A DNA stretch of 50,154 nucleotides, the filler included, from Trypethelium eluteriae (taxonomy: Eukaryota), in NCBI GenBank assembly GCA_051942245.1. It is 2 parts of 2 records of this genome, joined end to end, with 100 filler letters (N's around TTAATTAATTAA, not from the genome) between each part and the next. Parts side by side here need not be neighbours in the genome. Positions count along the whole stretch, not along the records: positions 25,152 to 50,154 come from JAVECL010000385.1; 1 more part is not named here. One strand, written 5' to 3'. The stretch's first letter is position 1. Each line of letters begins with the position of its first letter. The notes beneath the pieces are model-generated. The model was given only the letters and a program-made list of their open reading frames with translations, ran no database searches and was not told the DNA's origin. Of this stretch, positions 50,153 through 50,154 are shown piece after piece. Both the position numbers and the translations under genes were made by a program.

Positions 50153-50154
50153 TA

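Noticed and set aside
36100..50154. Starship or other transposon carrying the giant gene
   Set aside because: No tyrosine recombinase (DUF3435), transposase, reverse transcriptase or terminal repeats are visible in the window.

Overview
Intron-containing genomic DNA from a filamentous ascomycete (Pezizomycotina-type GT..AG introns with CTRAY branch sites). It is not prokaryotic, so most short ORFs in the track are exon pieces or shadow frames. I could reconstruct spliced models for a short-chain dehydrogenase, a secreted S8 subtilisin, the RGS protein Rax1/RgsB, a 2OG-Fe(II) oxygenase, a Cps1-like GT2 polysaccharide synthase, a conserved fungal hypothetical protein, leucine aminopeptidase Lap1 (M28) and an R3H-associated protein. 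Single-ORF calls are an orphan ORF, a secreted Gly/Ser/Asn/Pro protein with an 18 x 18-bp coding tandem repeat, a cupin, and an RMD1/RMD8 (DUF155) gene whose 5' end falls in an artificial 100-nt assembly spacer (N44-TTAATTAATTAA-N44). The most notable locus is a ~10 kb gene (37823-47807, about 3,200 codons) for a giant DUF6606/DUF3638/DUF3645-type protein with an SF2-helicase-like P-loop core of unknown function. It has one in-frame TAG (40977-40979), one frame change near 42900 and an altered conserved motif. It may be a young pseudogene, a gene rescued by weak introns or stop-codon editing, or an assembly error. I found no rRNA, tRNA, CRISPR array or recognisable transposase. All family names come from motif recognition by eye, not from database searches.
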